Positions 22,139 to 35,129 of a DNA stretch of 52,117 nucleotides are shown here, one piece after another. The position numbers and the translations under genes are program-made. Every line of letters starts with the position of its first letter. The stretch's first letter is position 1. The notes beneath the pieces are model-generated. The model had not been told where the DNA came from, searched no databases, and saw nothing but the letters and a program-made list of their open reading frames with translations. The stretch comes from Octopus bimaculoides (taxonomy: Eukaryota). The stretch lies in assembly GCF_001194135.2 (NCBI RefSeq), contig NC_068981.1, forward strand, positions 10,745,418-10,797,534. Direction: 5' to 3'.

Positions 22139-22429
22139 AAACATCCCGAAAAACCCACTTGAATCTGTGTTTTTTTTAAACTTCAGGAAAAATGTATTTA
22201 GTCAATGCCCACACCTGTGACGTTTCCTGTTATAAGCTCGGAATTCCCCATTCATCGAATAAGAGCAACGACAGCAACTTCGAAAAGTGAAATCATTGGA
22301 AGCGATGTAAAGGAGAGAGCCCCATCCCCCTGAAACACCACCTGTACAGCCATTCCAGATGTATATTTTTTGTTTATAAAACTCACTGACTATGACGTTT
22401 TCCTTTCTCAAGTTGCAGAGATGTTATGT

Positions 22430-23506
22430 GCCTAGCATCATTCATGATCTACTATTTGCAGATGATGCTGCATTAGTAAGGACCTCCTTAGAGGAAGCTC
22501 AGAAACTTCTAGACCAGTTTTCTGCTGCATGTAAAGCCTTTTGGTTTGACCATCAGCACAAAGAAGACGGAAGTAATCTAACAACGTTGCCCTACTCCTA
22601 AACAAATTCGAGGTGTCAAGCAGAGGCCACCGGTTCACAGTTTTCTTGACACTCCTATACAGGTTGATGGAAAAAATCTCAAAAATTATGTGAACTCATT
22701 TACATATGGTAATAAAGTGAATTTGAGCGCTTCCCTTGATGATGAAATCGTCAACCGTCTTGCAAAGGCAACCAACGCATTTGGCAAACTTCATCATCGC
22801 CTACGGAATGAAAGGAGCACCAAACTTGATACCAAAGTAGAGGTCTATAAAGCTGCCATTGTTACTACTCTCTCGTATGGCTCAGAATCGTGGATACCCT
22901 ATAGACGACACATTAATTAACTAGACAGTTTTCATAAAGATTATCTGAGGACAATCTGCGGTTATTCACTAAAAGTCAAAGTTTCTAATGCCGACTAGCT
23001 TAGCAAGTGTAAGATTGGTGTAATCGAGAGCTTCCTCATGCAATCATAACTGCTCTGGGCTGGCCATGTCGTCAGAATGAGTGATGAAAGGATACTCAAA
23101 GTCCTCATGTATAGCCAGATTGAGACTGGGCACAGGAATGTTGGTCGACCATGGCTCAGATATAAGGACAAGCTGAAGAGTAACCTCTTAGAAATGAAGA
23201 TAGCTCACAAAACCTTTGAGCGAACAGCTTTGGAACGAACGAAATGGAGATTGTTGTGTCAAAATGGTATTAAAAATTTTGTTGCAACAAGCATTAACAG
23301 GCTTCGGGGTGCAAAGCAAAGGAGAAAAGCGGCTGCAAATATACCACCTGCACTGACCTATAATCCCCACACTTGCAACATCTGTGGCCTTTTTTGCTAA
23401 TCGTTGGCGGGATTGAAATGTCACATTCGACACAAACATTATGACTGACAAAGAAAGAGTACGTTGACGGAGCCTCATACTTCGAAACCGACGGGAGAGT
23501 CATCAT
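22430..23506 (+). mobile_element. RTE-clade LINE, 5' truncated relic with 3' end
   Basis: DLLFADDAAL (FADD at 22455-22466), LTISTKKTEV, LYGSESW, W.GHVVRMSDERILK, GRPWLRYKDKLK, C-terminal CNICG..C.S.AGL..H..H; ends cgaaaccgacgggagagtcatcat. Confidence 0.9.
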
Positions 23507-25133
23507 ATATACATGTGCGTGTGTGTCCATTTGTATGAAGTGATAATAGTGTAGGAAAACTATTATAGTTCAATAATTTATTGTTTTTCTTCTTTTTGTC
23601 ACTTTTACCCTAGACTTATACCCTTGTTTGTTTCTTTTCGCTGAGGGGGAATCAAATCCGAGCTCCTCTCTAGATTCCTAGCCCACTTCGTTTGCAGCTT
23701 CTCTTCTTCAGCAATATATTATACAATTAGTCAATAGGAAACTCTGTGTTATGCTTGCAATTTACTTACCTTTGACACTAAAGTAATTTCCCTTGATACA
23801 GTTATACTGTATTTCAGTAGAGTCACTCCTTCCATTGTTTCAAATTATCGCTCCATCAACCCGTTGCGGTAATTCATCCTTGTTAGTCTTAACACAGAAA
23901 CTTAACGTAAAATTGTTGACGGATTTCTCACATACTACTGCACTGATTTCGTTGGGGAAATAAATATGAAGGTGAAAATACTCCAGTTCTATAAGTGATT
24001 AATCAATGACACCATATAACTCCCAAGATGGCCGCATTATATTCTACAACAGATAATATTTTAACTTTGGCCAGAAAGGAAACCAGTTTTACAAATGGAG
24101 AAATTCAGTACGTCTCGAACTTTATTACGATTGAATGATTAATTATTGTTGTTTAGTCTCAGACCAGACCTGATTTAGTAAATGTATGATCAAATCCATT
24201 CCAGTTGTGACTACCTTGTCTATTATATTTTTTTTCTTACAGACACTTTGTAAGTAGGATTACATTAACCAGCATTTCCCTTCTTGTTCTAAGACCATTT
24301 AGCGGGGTCTGCGTGAGTTTAGCTGCTGTTTCTTGTAGGGTGAGAGATAAGGATGAAGCTCTGTTATTGGTTTGTGATTTATTGATGTTGTTGCTGTTGC
24401 TGGTGGAGATTTTATTAATGCGACATTTATTACTTTATTGATTTTTATGGCGCTCCTTATATAACCACTAATATTGCTAGAAATAGCAGTCAAATATTCT
24501 TTATATCAACTCTACTGTCATAAATAAGAGAAGACTTTAGATAATGTAGTCAGTCTTCGGCCTAAACGGATAGGATGAGTTGGGCTAAGCATCAGCATCA
24601 ATGTTATTATCGAGTCATATAAGATACCACCCTGCATTGGTTAACTTATCACAAACTTCTGATATTTCCTAAGATGAGAGCAGTGAGGGAATGTAAAGCT
24701 CATGTCATTACCAAAAGGTACCAACAAAAGTGAGTAAAACTGGATTTGGTGAATCAGATTTTTTAGGATGTGCAATCGCCGGCAAGACGACTATCTGCAT
24801 CCCGGTCAAGTAGGAGGGTGTTGCGGAGAGCACATAAGCTGTGGAGACGAACCCGGATGAAGCCAACTGCTGGTGCAAAACCTCATGCAAGAGCATTGCT
24901 GGCATTTTGCATGGGTAATGGTCAGTGAGGTTCTTCCTCGGTTACGAGAGGACAGCCATCCATCTTGTATGTATGTATGTATGTATGTAATTAATAAATT
25001 CAAAAAGGGATAAAAATCTTTTACAAGAATTTTATCAGGAAGCCAGTGTATGTATGTATGTTTGTATGCATTTTTGTATGCATTTTTGTATGCGTGCATA
25101 AGTATGATTTTGTCAACGTGCGCTTGTCTATGC

Positions 25134-25139
<6 letters not shown>

Positions 25140-25228
<89 letters not shown>
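25140..25228. repeat. (TG)n microsatellite
   Basis: Direct. Confidence 0.95.
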
Positions 25229-25229
<1 letters not shown>

Positions 25230-25254
25230 TGCCCTTTTCTGTATTCATGATTAA

Positions 25255-25430
25255 CGTGTAAACCGATGTTGTGTCTATTTAACTTCGTAACTTAGCGATA
25301 CAATGAATAGAAATCAATAAAATGAGTACCATATTGAATTATGTACTGAGTTCGATGCGATCGATTAAAACCTTTGAAGAGGGTGCTCTAGCATGGCCGT
25401 AGTCTAATGACTGAAACCAGTAAAAACAAA
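25255..25430 (+). mobile_element. Older B-related SINE, 3' half
   Basis: gtaaaccgatgttgtg...cgtaacttagcg...gagggtgctctagcatggccgtagtctaatgactgaaaccagtaaaa shares the family B tail; a similar degenerate copy lies at about 28375-28530. Confidence 0.6.
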
Positions 25431-25622
25431 AAATGATATAAAGAGGGAAGTAGGTAGCTACACACACCTATACACTTATGCGTTCTTCATGTCTCAAACT
25501 GCTTGAGACGTATTGAAATACTTCAATCTTTACAAATTTCTTTTAGGATGTCTTAAGAATCAGACTGCAAAGCATGAACATATTCAAACAAACTTATTTA
25601 CGTTTATTTATGAGATAACATT

Positions 25623-26004
25623 CGTGGAGGTGCAATGGCCCAGTGGTTAGGGCAGCGGACTTGCGGTCAAAATATCGCGGTTTCGATTCCCAGACCAGGT
25701 GTTGTGAGTGTTTATTGAGCGAAAACACTTAAAGCTCCACGAGGCTCCGGCAGGGGATGGTGGCGAACCCTGCTGTACTCTTTCACCACAACTTTCTCCC
25801 ACTTTTACTTCCTGTTTCTGTTGTGCCTGTAATTCAAAGGGTCAGCCTTGTCACACTGCGTCACGCTGAATATCCCCGAGAACTACGTTAAGGGTACACG
25901 TGTCTGTGGAGTGCTCAGTCACTTGCACGTTAATTTCACGAGCAGGCTGTTCCGTTGATCGGTTCAACTGGAACCCTCGATGTCGTAAGCGACGGAGTGG
26001 CAAC
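25623..26004 (+). mobile_element. SINE family A, full length, 13-bp TSD
   Basis: A box TGGCCCAGTGG and B box GGTTTCGATTCC; TSD atgagataacatt at 25610-25622 and 26005-26017. Confidence 0.92.
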
Positions 26005-26953
26005 ATGAGATAACATTAGGTAGAAGCAAATGTGTAAATGTCTTTTGTTCTTGCTCGAAGCTTATCGTGACAGATGTAGTTGATGTTAAGATTTGTAAGT
26101 TTATGTCTGCTACCGGACAAATGTGTTGAGAGGGAACTAAGATACTTGGAGTTCTATTGGAGCGAGGAAAAATGTGCCACATGTGTTCTAGGTTGCGAGA
26201 CGTAGAGGGTCGAAAGAAAAAGAAATATAGTCGCGTTTAGTGAAAACGAGTGTACTGGGCACATACTGTATTAGATAACATATGAGATGTAGTCTTTGCA
26301 GAAAAAAATGTCTCAAAATATCACCCTGGGTCCTCATATGCGAAGTTGTGCCTATATTATGTGTTTTAAAGTACTAAAAACCCTTTTTCCTGAACATACA
26401 CTTTTGAAATTGGGGAAAGACTAATGCACTCGTGCGTCTTTTATGCAAATCCAGTAATTAACATCTCAGTGAAAATGAAGAAACATGGTTGAATCAAAAG
26501 AAGAAACAAAGACAGAACACGGCATATCTGTTCTGTGGTGTAACGTTTGTAATGCAGGGAATGGGTCTTTGATATTTAATCGGAAGCGCTTATTTTAGAT
26601 GTAGTCTAGAAAGATTGCGTGCAGATGTGTATGTTTAGCAGCACTATCGTCACATAGCTGTGATCAAGAGTCCCGTCTACTTTGTAGCGTTTGAGGATCT
26701 GATTAGAGCTGACATAGTTTCTGCCTACGAAGTGAAACGATAGATTAGCTGATATGAAAGTCAGATTATTATAATAAATCATGAGGGATTACGAGGCCGA
26801 GCATTGGTAGCGACCTTGTTTGGGGATCCATAATTAACATAATAGCCAACGCAGGGAATCACTGTTTAGTTGCTAGATCACCGAGAAATAATAGCCGAAA
26901 TGTCCCTCAAATCACGTTACCATCTTGAAAATGGGCAATATAATTTTGGATAT

Positions 26954-27362
26954 GAGTGGCTGTGTGGTAAGTAGCTTGCTTACCAGCCAAATGGTTCCGG
27001 GTTCAGTCCCAGTGCATGGCACCTTGGGCAAGTGTCTTCTACTATAGCCTCGGGCCGACCAAAGCCTTGTGAGTATATTTGGTAGACGGAAACTGAAAGA
27101 AGCCCGTCGTATATATGTATATATATATATATATATTCATGTGCGTGTGTTTGTGTGTCTGTGTTTGTCCCCCCACTATCACTTGACAACCGATGCTGGT
27201 GTGTTTACGTCCCCGTAACTTAGCGGTTCGGCAAAAAGAGACCGATAGAATAAATACTAGGCTAACAAAGAATAAGTCTTGGGGTCGATTTGCTCGACTA
27301 AAAGGCGGTGCTCCAGCATGGCCGCAGTCAAATGGCTGAAACAAGTAAAAGAGTAAAAGAGT
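26954..27362 (+). mobile_element. SINE family B, near full length
   Basis: Colinear with 7735-8156; internal (TA)/(TG) run and (GAGTAAAA)n tail. Confidence 0.9.
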
Positions 27363-28279
27363 ATATATATATGATGGTCATGGCAGGAACGTTTAAGATC
27401 ATAGATTTACTCTATCAAGATTGTCCTGGAGCCAAATATTAACAGCAAAAACAACCATCACAATAGCGAAGACTCGTTATTACATTAGCGATTGACATAC
27501 ACACATTGTAATATTAATTCTTTCAAAATTTGTTATAATAATTACTTTTAGAACCACGATTAAGGGCAACGTTGTAAAATAGATTAAATTGAAATGAAGC
27601 TAAATGTAAAAGATGGCTTCCATTTTCAAATTACCGTCAGATTTACATAGTTAATATCATACAAATATTTATATAACATTCTTGCTTCCTTTTCTTCTAA
27701 TCTAACTCTTTACATCGATGTAATAAATGAAGATCTTTGCACATTATAGTTACTACTTCACAACACAAACAATAACGCCACTTCCCCCCTTTTCCCTAAA
27801 AATCAGAAATACGAGTAGTACAAAACAAATAGTAGTACAAAACAAATATGATTGGTTACAAAGTTTACTTTGCATGTACGTGTCTACAAGTTAAATCCTA
27901 CAGCGCGGTAGCCTTTGAGAAGTGTCTGCTAACCATAGCTTCGAGCCGACTAAAGCTTTGTGAGTGAAAGCTGGTAAACAGAAACAGCGTGGAACAACTA
28001 ACAGGAGAGATAGTTCCTGTTCTTGGTTGGTAAACTAAGCACCACTTTGTGCTTGGTTACTTTTACCAGAATGCTTCTCTTTTGGTTTTCTGTTTGATGA
28101 CAGTATACTGAAAGCGCTACTCCTTTTGGGATTCTCTTCTTTTAGAGATGGTTTCTTAGCCCTTGATATCCAGTAATCCAGTCTTAAAGAGCGCAGGTTC
28201 TGTCTTGTTTGGGTGTGTTGTTCCATAACTTTGAAACTTCTGGATTCTCTTTGTCTTTCTGTCTGTTTGCATGTGTGTA

Positions 28280-28323
<44 letters not shown>

Positions 28324-29509
28324 TGTGTGTGTAGGTGTGTGTGCATGTGGGTGTTATGTTCGTGCCTGAATTAATGATAAACAGTGTAAACCGACGTTGT
28401 GTCTATGTTGTTGGTAACCTAGCAATGCGATAAATAGAGATTGATAAAATAAATTCTCCAATGAAGCATGTACTGAGTTCGATACGATTGACTAAAATCC
28501 TTGAAGAGGGGTCCAAAAATGGACATAGTCACTTTAACTTCATACTGCCAAGTCTAGGACCTTATATTGGGTTAAAGTAATTTAATAATGCAGTTAACCG
28601 TGTAGCATTTTAGGTGCCACCGTTTTAGGTGAGAGCAGATCTGGAGTAGTTTCAATTAAGGGATAAATCCATTCCTCTCAATATGTAGGGTCTCCTAACC
28701 TTAGGTTCTAATACCGGATGCGGTTTCAAGTCATATCCAGGAATACATTGCCACTAACATCTGAACCAAGGCCTTTCTGTTATGTAGCGTAATCATGTCG
28801 ATATAGATGATCACCAAAAATGTTGCTACAAATACTAGGCTCCGCAATCTTAAGATAACTTCTTCCTCTTTTTCCTCACTAATCTCAAAGAATGCTTCTT
28901 TCCTCTTCTGACTTAGTTATTTATACAAACGCTGGAGAGAGCAAAATTAGACTCTTCACTTCACGCGGCAGTTGACCTCTTCAACGAACTCTCAAAGATG
29001 GCTTCCGTCAGTTTTCTCGAACAACCGATTTCACTCTGTCATAGTGAGTTTAACTGTAAAGACAAGTACTTCGTCAACGTTCCAGAATGATTGGTGAATG
29101 CTGATAATAAAATCAGTCTGTAACTACCAATTATTAAGAAAGCTTCGATTAGTTTTTAATCAATATTGTTTGTTCGAATGTCATAGACACGTAAAAGTTC
29201 GCTCGCTGACGCGTCCATCTAATATTTGTTATTGAAACAGATTTGAGCAAAGTGCAGCCATTTTCTACTTTACTAAACTCTGTTTGCAAAACATTTTATC
29301 CATTAGTAAATTCACTCTTTCAAAACATACTGATGATATCTGAGATGCAACATTGACAGTCTCAACACATTTCGGATGTCATTCAACCGTGACATTCAGA
29401 TTTCGAATGTAACAAATAGTTATTCTCAAATTCTGTTCAATTTATCAAGTGAAACAAGATCGATACTCATTTCAGTGCTGTTTAGTCAATTATTGATTTT
29501 GTAGTTTAG

Positions 29510-29690
29510 TAGTGGAAGCGTGGTTGTAACCTTGTGCAAGTCACTTCGTTTTACGTTGTTCCAGCACATAAGTACCAATGGCACCCGGGGGATGTTTAAG
29601 TGTGTGACATACTGGTGTCCCGTTCATGAGTAGAGGTCTTGTATTCTCAGCGTTAACGCTTTGAAAATCTGGCTGAGCTTCGGTCCTATG
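29510..29690 (+). mobile_element. Old, degenerate SINE body (CORE/Meta-like segment)
   Basis: accttgtgcaagtcacttcgttttacgttgttccag...ctggtgtcccgttc resembles the body of the copy at 39500-39743; the domain naming is from memory. Confidence 0.4.
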
Positions 29691-30852
29691 ATCCCGGTTC
29701 GAAGAAGGGTTTTTGCTGTTTAGCCCTGGTCAACTCTGATCCAGCACGCCTACAACCAAAGAACTCCTCTCCACCAACTGTGCCCGTGTTGTACTTCAGC
29801 CAGTTATACTACAGTTACAATCACATTATCCAATGCACGTTTTCTTTTTCTCAAAATGTAAGGTGTAATTGTATTTCCAGTAGACCGTGTTACCAGGTAA
29901 AAGTGCTCTCTTTGGCTCACCCAAACAATTTATTACAGGGATCATAGATTAAAGGTCATAAATTGAAAGAAATTGTTATTATTTTTGTTGCTATTTGTAG
30001 TGGGCTTTAGGCCTAGATCGGTTCTGATCGAACAGACAAAGCACTCTAGTCGTGACCATCCAATAAGACCTTGGAAAATGAAGTCCCGTTCTTGATACAA
30101 TGCTTCTAACAATAGCAATATCATAGAAGCAGGTCTTTGATAGAACTATTCAAAACCATTCCAAAAAGAGAGAGAGGGTGGGGTGGGGCTCTAAAATAAA
30201 CATTAAAAACACGCAAACAAGCTAATTATAAATGAAATTCTTGACAGAACGCAAGAAGATATACAAAATGATGAGTTTGAAAATTCATTAACATTTCCTA
30301 TAAAAATCAGTTTCATTGACAGTTTCATCAACTGTAAAATTCTTTATAAATTCAAATGAATTTTCCACGATGTAGCTTAAAACTGGTCACCAATCATTCG
30401 AAAAAAACAATTTAATATTTTCCTATCCATTTTATCTCTTAAAATATTTAACATTGATTAAAATCATAGACTTATATGTAGCTATACCCTCCGATCGCTT
30501 TTATTTTAATCTTTCTTTTTTCCATTTATACAGACTTTTCCTCTTACTTGTAATTTTGTCTATTGACAGCCAAGTTGAAATGGAAGCTACAATCATAGTG
30601 TCGGAAATACGTCAAGCTGTTATTGATGTGATTTTAAATTAAAAGATGAACCTCTCCTCCAAACATGTTTTATAAATGCGAAAAGTTCTTGGAACACTTA
30701 ATCGTAGCATGCAATCGTTGAGCAGAATTTAAAAAGCAATGTTTATAGGGAATTTGTAAACGAACTGTTAAGGGTAAAATTTTAAAAATAATTTTTAATA
30801 AATTTTCATAAACCAAATTAACATTTTCAAGCTAATAATATCTACAGTAATA

Positions 30853-31236
30853 TATGTGTTGGCACTCCGTCGCTTACAACGTCGAGGGTTCCAGTTGATC
30901 CAATCAACGGAACAGCATGCTCGAGAAATTAACGTGCAAGTGGCTGAGCACCCCACAGACACGTGTACCTTTAACGTAGTTCTCGAGGATATTCAGCGTG
31001 ACACAGTGTGACAAGGCTGACCCTTTGAATTACAGGCACAACAGAAACAGGAAGTAAGAGTGAGAGAAAGTTGTGGTGAATGAGTACAGCAGGGTTCGCC
31101 ACCATCCCCTGCCGGAGCCTCGTGGAGCTTTAGGTGTTTTCGCTCAATAAACACTCACAACGCCCGGTCTGGGAATCGAAACCGCGATCCTATGACCGCG
31201 AGTCCGATGTCCTAACCACTGGGCCATTGCGCCTCC
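30853..31236 (-). mobile_element. SINE family A, full length, 11-bp TSD
   Basis: Reverse complement of the 25623 copy; TSD ctacagtaata at 30842-30852 and 31237-31247. Confidence 0.92.
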
Positions 31237-31635
31237 CTACAGTAATAGTTTTATGATATAAGTCGATTTATGACACTGAATTATAAATTACTTACACCCA
31301 TGGAGTTTCTACATGATACAAGAAGTATTCATTTTCACAATAAACTCTAGATAAAAGCAACATACGGAGTATGCATTTTAATCCAGGGATATTAAGGTGT
31401 AAGAAATAAAAAAATGGACTGGTATTCCAAAAGTATCAAATAATTTATAACTATGTTATAGAAATAAGAGTGAAGTTCTTATTTATTCTCCATAGAAAGG
31501 TATAAATTCTGAAAGTTCACATTTGATAGACGAATATTCGACTAACCCTACGTATTGGTTTAACCTGGGGAGGTAGGTAAACATCTTGGGAATTACTAAA
31601 GTCCCACAAATAAGGGAATGCAAAATGCAGGTAAC

Positions 31636-31674
31636 TCTTTACAGCTGTTTCTGGGGGGTTTGTCATCAGAGAAA
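31636..31674 (-). ncRNA. Degenerate hammerhead-like motif (CAGCTG family): core intact, stem II lost
   Basis: Minus strand: tttct CTGATGA caaacccccca GAAA C-AGCT-G TA aagag. Stem II cannot pair and stem I is weak. Confidence 0.4.
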
Positions 31675-32384
31675 GCAGTAAAATGCATCGTGCGTTCATA
31701 TACATAAAGTAGATTGGTACTGGTGAATGTATATACGAGTTTAAATTACGTGAACAACTTCACCTCATCATCAAAAGAGTCCATATTTTTTGATTTTTTT
31801 ATTAGCTTAGTCAATATATTATCAGTAGCAAATTCTTATTTACACCGTTCGACGTTTTAGTGATCTGATCCGGTCTGAACACTTATTGTCTGTAGCTATT
31901 AAGCTCCATATTGACGTCATCTTACCTATCATATATTAATCTAGGTATGCATGCATGCCGTATCATATTTATTTCATTAAGTATATTGAAGATGAGTATC
32001 AAACTAAGGAAATACATAGGGAATATGCATATTTATCGAGGCTGGCATGTAATTAGTAATATATTAACGTATTGAAACTAACATTTTGTAATGCAGTATA
32101 CTTAATATGTATATCAATTAAGGGAAATATACACGCAGTATTATTTTAAGATATAGCAGTTCATATATTCATCATTTGGTATATGTAAACGTGTATATTT
32201 AAATCTTACCTTCAGTTTCTTTTCACGATTAAAAGAGAAAAGAAAATCGGTCATCGGGTCTTGTGTCTGGAGGATTGGATTCAGAATATAAAAAAATAAT
32301 TTTAAAGAAAATCCGTTTAGCGCTTGGGGGTACAATACTGGTTTCTATTTCAAAATTATTTTACGAATATAAAAAGTATTTTCA

Positions 32385-32426
<42 letters not shown>

Positions 32427-32657
32427 NNNNNNNNNNNNNNNNNNNNNNNNNNNNNNNNNNNNNNNNNNNNNNNNNNNNNNNNNNNNNNNNNNNNNNNNNN
32501 NNNNNNNNNNNNNNNNNNNNNNNNNNGATATGATAATTATACGATATAAATATATTATAATACCTATTATTAGATATTTGTATTCTATGACATTCATATT
32601 CTATATCCATGTAATTATTATATGGATACATCTAAATAATACTGAATTAGATTCTTT

Positions 32658-32689
32658 ATAATAATAACAATAACAATAATAATAATAAT

Positions 32690-32730
<41 letters not shown>

Positions 32731-32862
32731 TAATAATAATAATACGCAAAACACTTTCAATACAGTAACCATAAGAGCATCACAGCAAACCACAGCACAT
32801 ACCCAAGGCACACAGAGCTGCACCCGGTAGTGAAGTGAAAGCACGTTATAAAAATAAAACTA

Positions 32863-32929
<67 letters not shown>
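32658..32929. repeat. Two (TAA)n microsatellites (32658-32743, 32866-32929)
   Basis: Direct; explains the poly-Leu ORFs. Confidence 0.95.
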
Positions 32930-32931
<2 letters not shown>

Positions 32932-33251
32932 GATTTCATTTATTTCTGGATTATGACTGTAAGGTGAAGAAGGTGTATGAGATGCTGTGCAAGCTTTATA
33001 GAACCTAACATCTCATGTTGTGCAAGCGTCGACGAGTCGAGTATTTGATGCCCGGTCGAGTAGGAAGAGATCGCAGCAAGCTTGGAAGTCGCAGCAGACG
33101 GAAACCCGTGTAAAGCCGAGTAGATGCATGGCCATTGGTGGCATATTTCCCATTGGCAATAGTCAGTGATGGCCTTATTTAGTCGCGAGTAGACGGTCAT
33201 CATCATCATCATCATCATCATCATCTTCATTTTTATATATATATATATATA

Positions 33252-33289
33252 TTTTACCACCTTGTTTCACATTTATGTGCTTACTTTGG

Positions 33290-33351
<62 letters not shown>

Positions 33352-33600
33352 TAGATAGATAGATAGATATATAGATATATACCAAAGTAAGCACATGAAT
33401 GTGAAACCAAGTTGTAAAAAATAGCACTCGAATACCGGAGGTAGAGTAATATGTATTATTAATAAAGCTACAATGACATCACAAAACTGTTACTCAGAGT
33501 TTCACGTTCCTGTTCCAAAAACCAAAACTGTCCGACGAACGGGAACGTGAAACTCCGAGTAAAAGTTTTTGTGACGTCTTTGTAGCTCTATTAATAATAT
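33252..33600. mobile_element. Second unit-X fold-back array (+/-/+) with a (TA)/(AGAT) spacer and a hammerhead-like motif (U4C) at 33524-33569
   Basis: IR pair 33252-33292 / 33379-33420 surrounds the microsatellite; IR pair 33450-33515 / 33522-33600 surrounds a short spacer. Plus strand: AAAACTGT CCGACGA ACG-GGAA-CGT GAAA CTC-C-GAG TA AAAGTTTT. Confidence 0.75.
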
Positions 33601-33604
33601 ATAC

Positions 33605-33637
<33 letters not shown>

Positions 33638-33944
33638 TGTATGTATGTATGTATGTATTTCTAAAAATGGTTTAGAGGGCTATGTAATTCTAGCGTATTT
33701 CTACACAGTTTGTATCTGTCAAATTCACTCACAAGGCATTAGTCGGCTCGGGGACGTAGACGAAATATCTTCGTTTATATAGAATATCAAAAATAAAATC
33801 ACCGATGACAAAAAGAATACAACGAGAAAAGTATTAGAAATAATCGCTAACAAATATGGATGTATAAACGACCTCGCGCAAGCTGCATGGTGCGTGTACA
33901 CTCACTCATACAAGCATCTGCGAAAATGTAAGCATACATACACG

Positions 33945-34975
33945 TGAGGTTTGGTGCTCATACTTGTAGGCATCTCGAAAATCTTTCAGAAATTCTATTA
34001 ATGATCTCACTAGTCCACAGAATAGACAGGATTTCCTCGGAGCAGAGTCGAAATCTCTTGGAAATTATGTTGTATGGTTAAGTTATGCAGTACTTAATTT
34101 TATCCTCCTTCAGTCGCTATACAAAATCGGTCAAAGATCTCGAATGTCTCTTATTGATTGTCTTAAAGCTGGCGACATGGTTACGATAACGATTCTTAAA
34201 TGAATCAGCCGTCTGCCCAATGTGAACATGCAGCTCTCCCCTTGTGTGCATGGTACATTTATATACAAGATTTGTACTCATACAAAGATTCATCAATGGA
34301 CATTTAGATTTTTCTCTGCATGAGCATTTATCGTATTTATTTGTATATAAGGCAGTTCCGACTCCATTGACCGATATTGTTACCGTGTTAGCTGCATCAT
34401 AAGTATTTCGTCTATAACAATTTGGCCGTAATTGGTGTTTTTCATTGCAATTTACATCTACTTTGTTAGTATTTAGATGCGTATGTACGCTAGATCAAGT
34501 AGGTGGGTTATTGAACCTTTTGTCGTATTTTGCTATTGTTTATGCGGTGCATAGACTTTTCTAAATTAACAAAGTTGGCGTAGGATACCTGCACGATACC
34601 TGCACGATACCTGCACGATACCTGCACGGTGTGCCGATTAAAAATATAGCATGATACCGATTAGATTTAGGAAAACATTTGTCCAAAGTAGCAAAAGACT
34701 TTCCAGTGATCTTAACCATACTATATAATTCCCCTTCAAATCTAGTTAGGCGTTGGTTAGTCGGTGGGTTCCTCCCAGATTTGAATACTTTTCTTAGTAG
34801 ATCACCGTGTTCAGATTTGTCATTTGATTTAAGTTCCTTGTCAAAGAAGAAAACTTTCCACTGCGTTTTACGTACAAATTGGTTAGTTTTCTCCAAAAGA
34901 TCACGTATATAATCCTTCCTACTGGGTGGTATAGATATATCCTTTAGCGAAACATCCAGCAAAACATCTTGGTAC
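33945..34975 (-). mobile_element. Penelope-like element lacking RT: N-terminus joined to the post-RT linker and GIY-YIG endonuclease
   Basis: N-terminal LDVSLKDISIPPSRKDYIRDLLEKTNQFVRK.QWKVFFF...FE.ELY.MV is joined to LDKCFPKSNRYHAIF-NRHTVQVSY. Then CSCREKSKCPLMNLC...LVYKC...VHIGQT..SFKNRYRNH (HIG at 34216-34224)...RLC.EE. Frameshifts and stops present. Confidence 0.8.
34584..34627. repeat. 11-bp tandem repeat x4 (gatacctgcac) within the PLE
   Basis: Direct. Confidence 0.95.
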
Positions 34976-35129
34976 GCTACCTTATAGCACCTTCGCCCTT
35001 GGAAATCGGAAATTGTTTGTGGTTATTGGATGATAAAATGAATAGTTTACACCTGGTAGCTTATAGGTAAAGCACGGTCACTTTCACAGTAATCGTTATG
35101 TATCTTAGAGGTTCTGAAAAGTAAGATAT

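Noticed and set aside
25626-25700. tRNA-like sequences at SINE heads (also 31165-31236, 7735-7800, 36829-36900)
   Set aside because: A and B boxes are present but there is no complete cloverleaf or acceptor stem; they continue into SINE bodies, so they are not tRNA genes.
27995-28265. 103-aa minus-strand ORF between two halves of an old B-like SINE
   Set aside because: It starts in a (CA)n run and I recognise no domain; possibly a LINE scrap, but unassignable.
32950-33226. GC-richer segment ending in (ATC)n, possibly a retroposon 3' end
   Set aside because: No second copy in the window and no recognisable coding motif.
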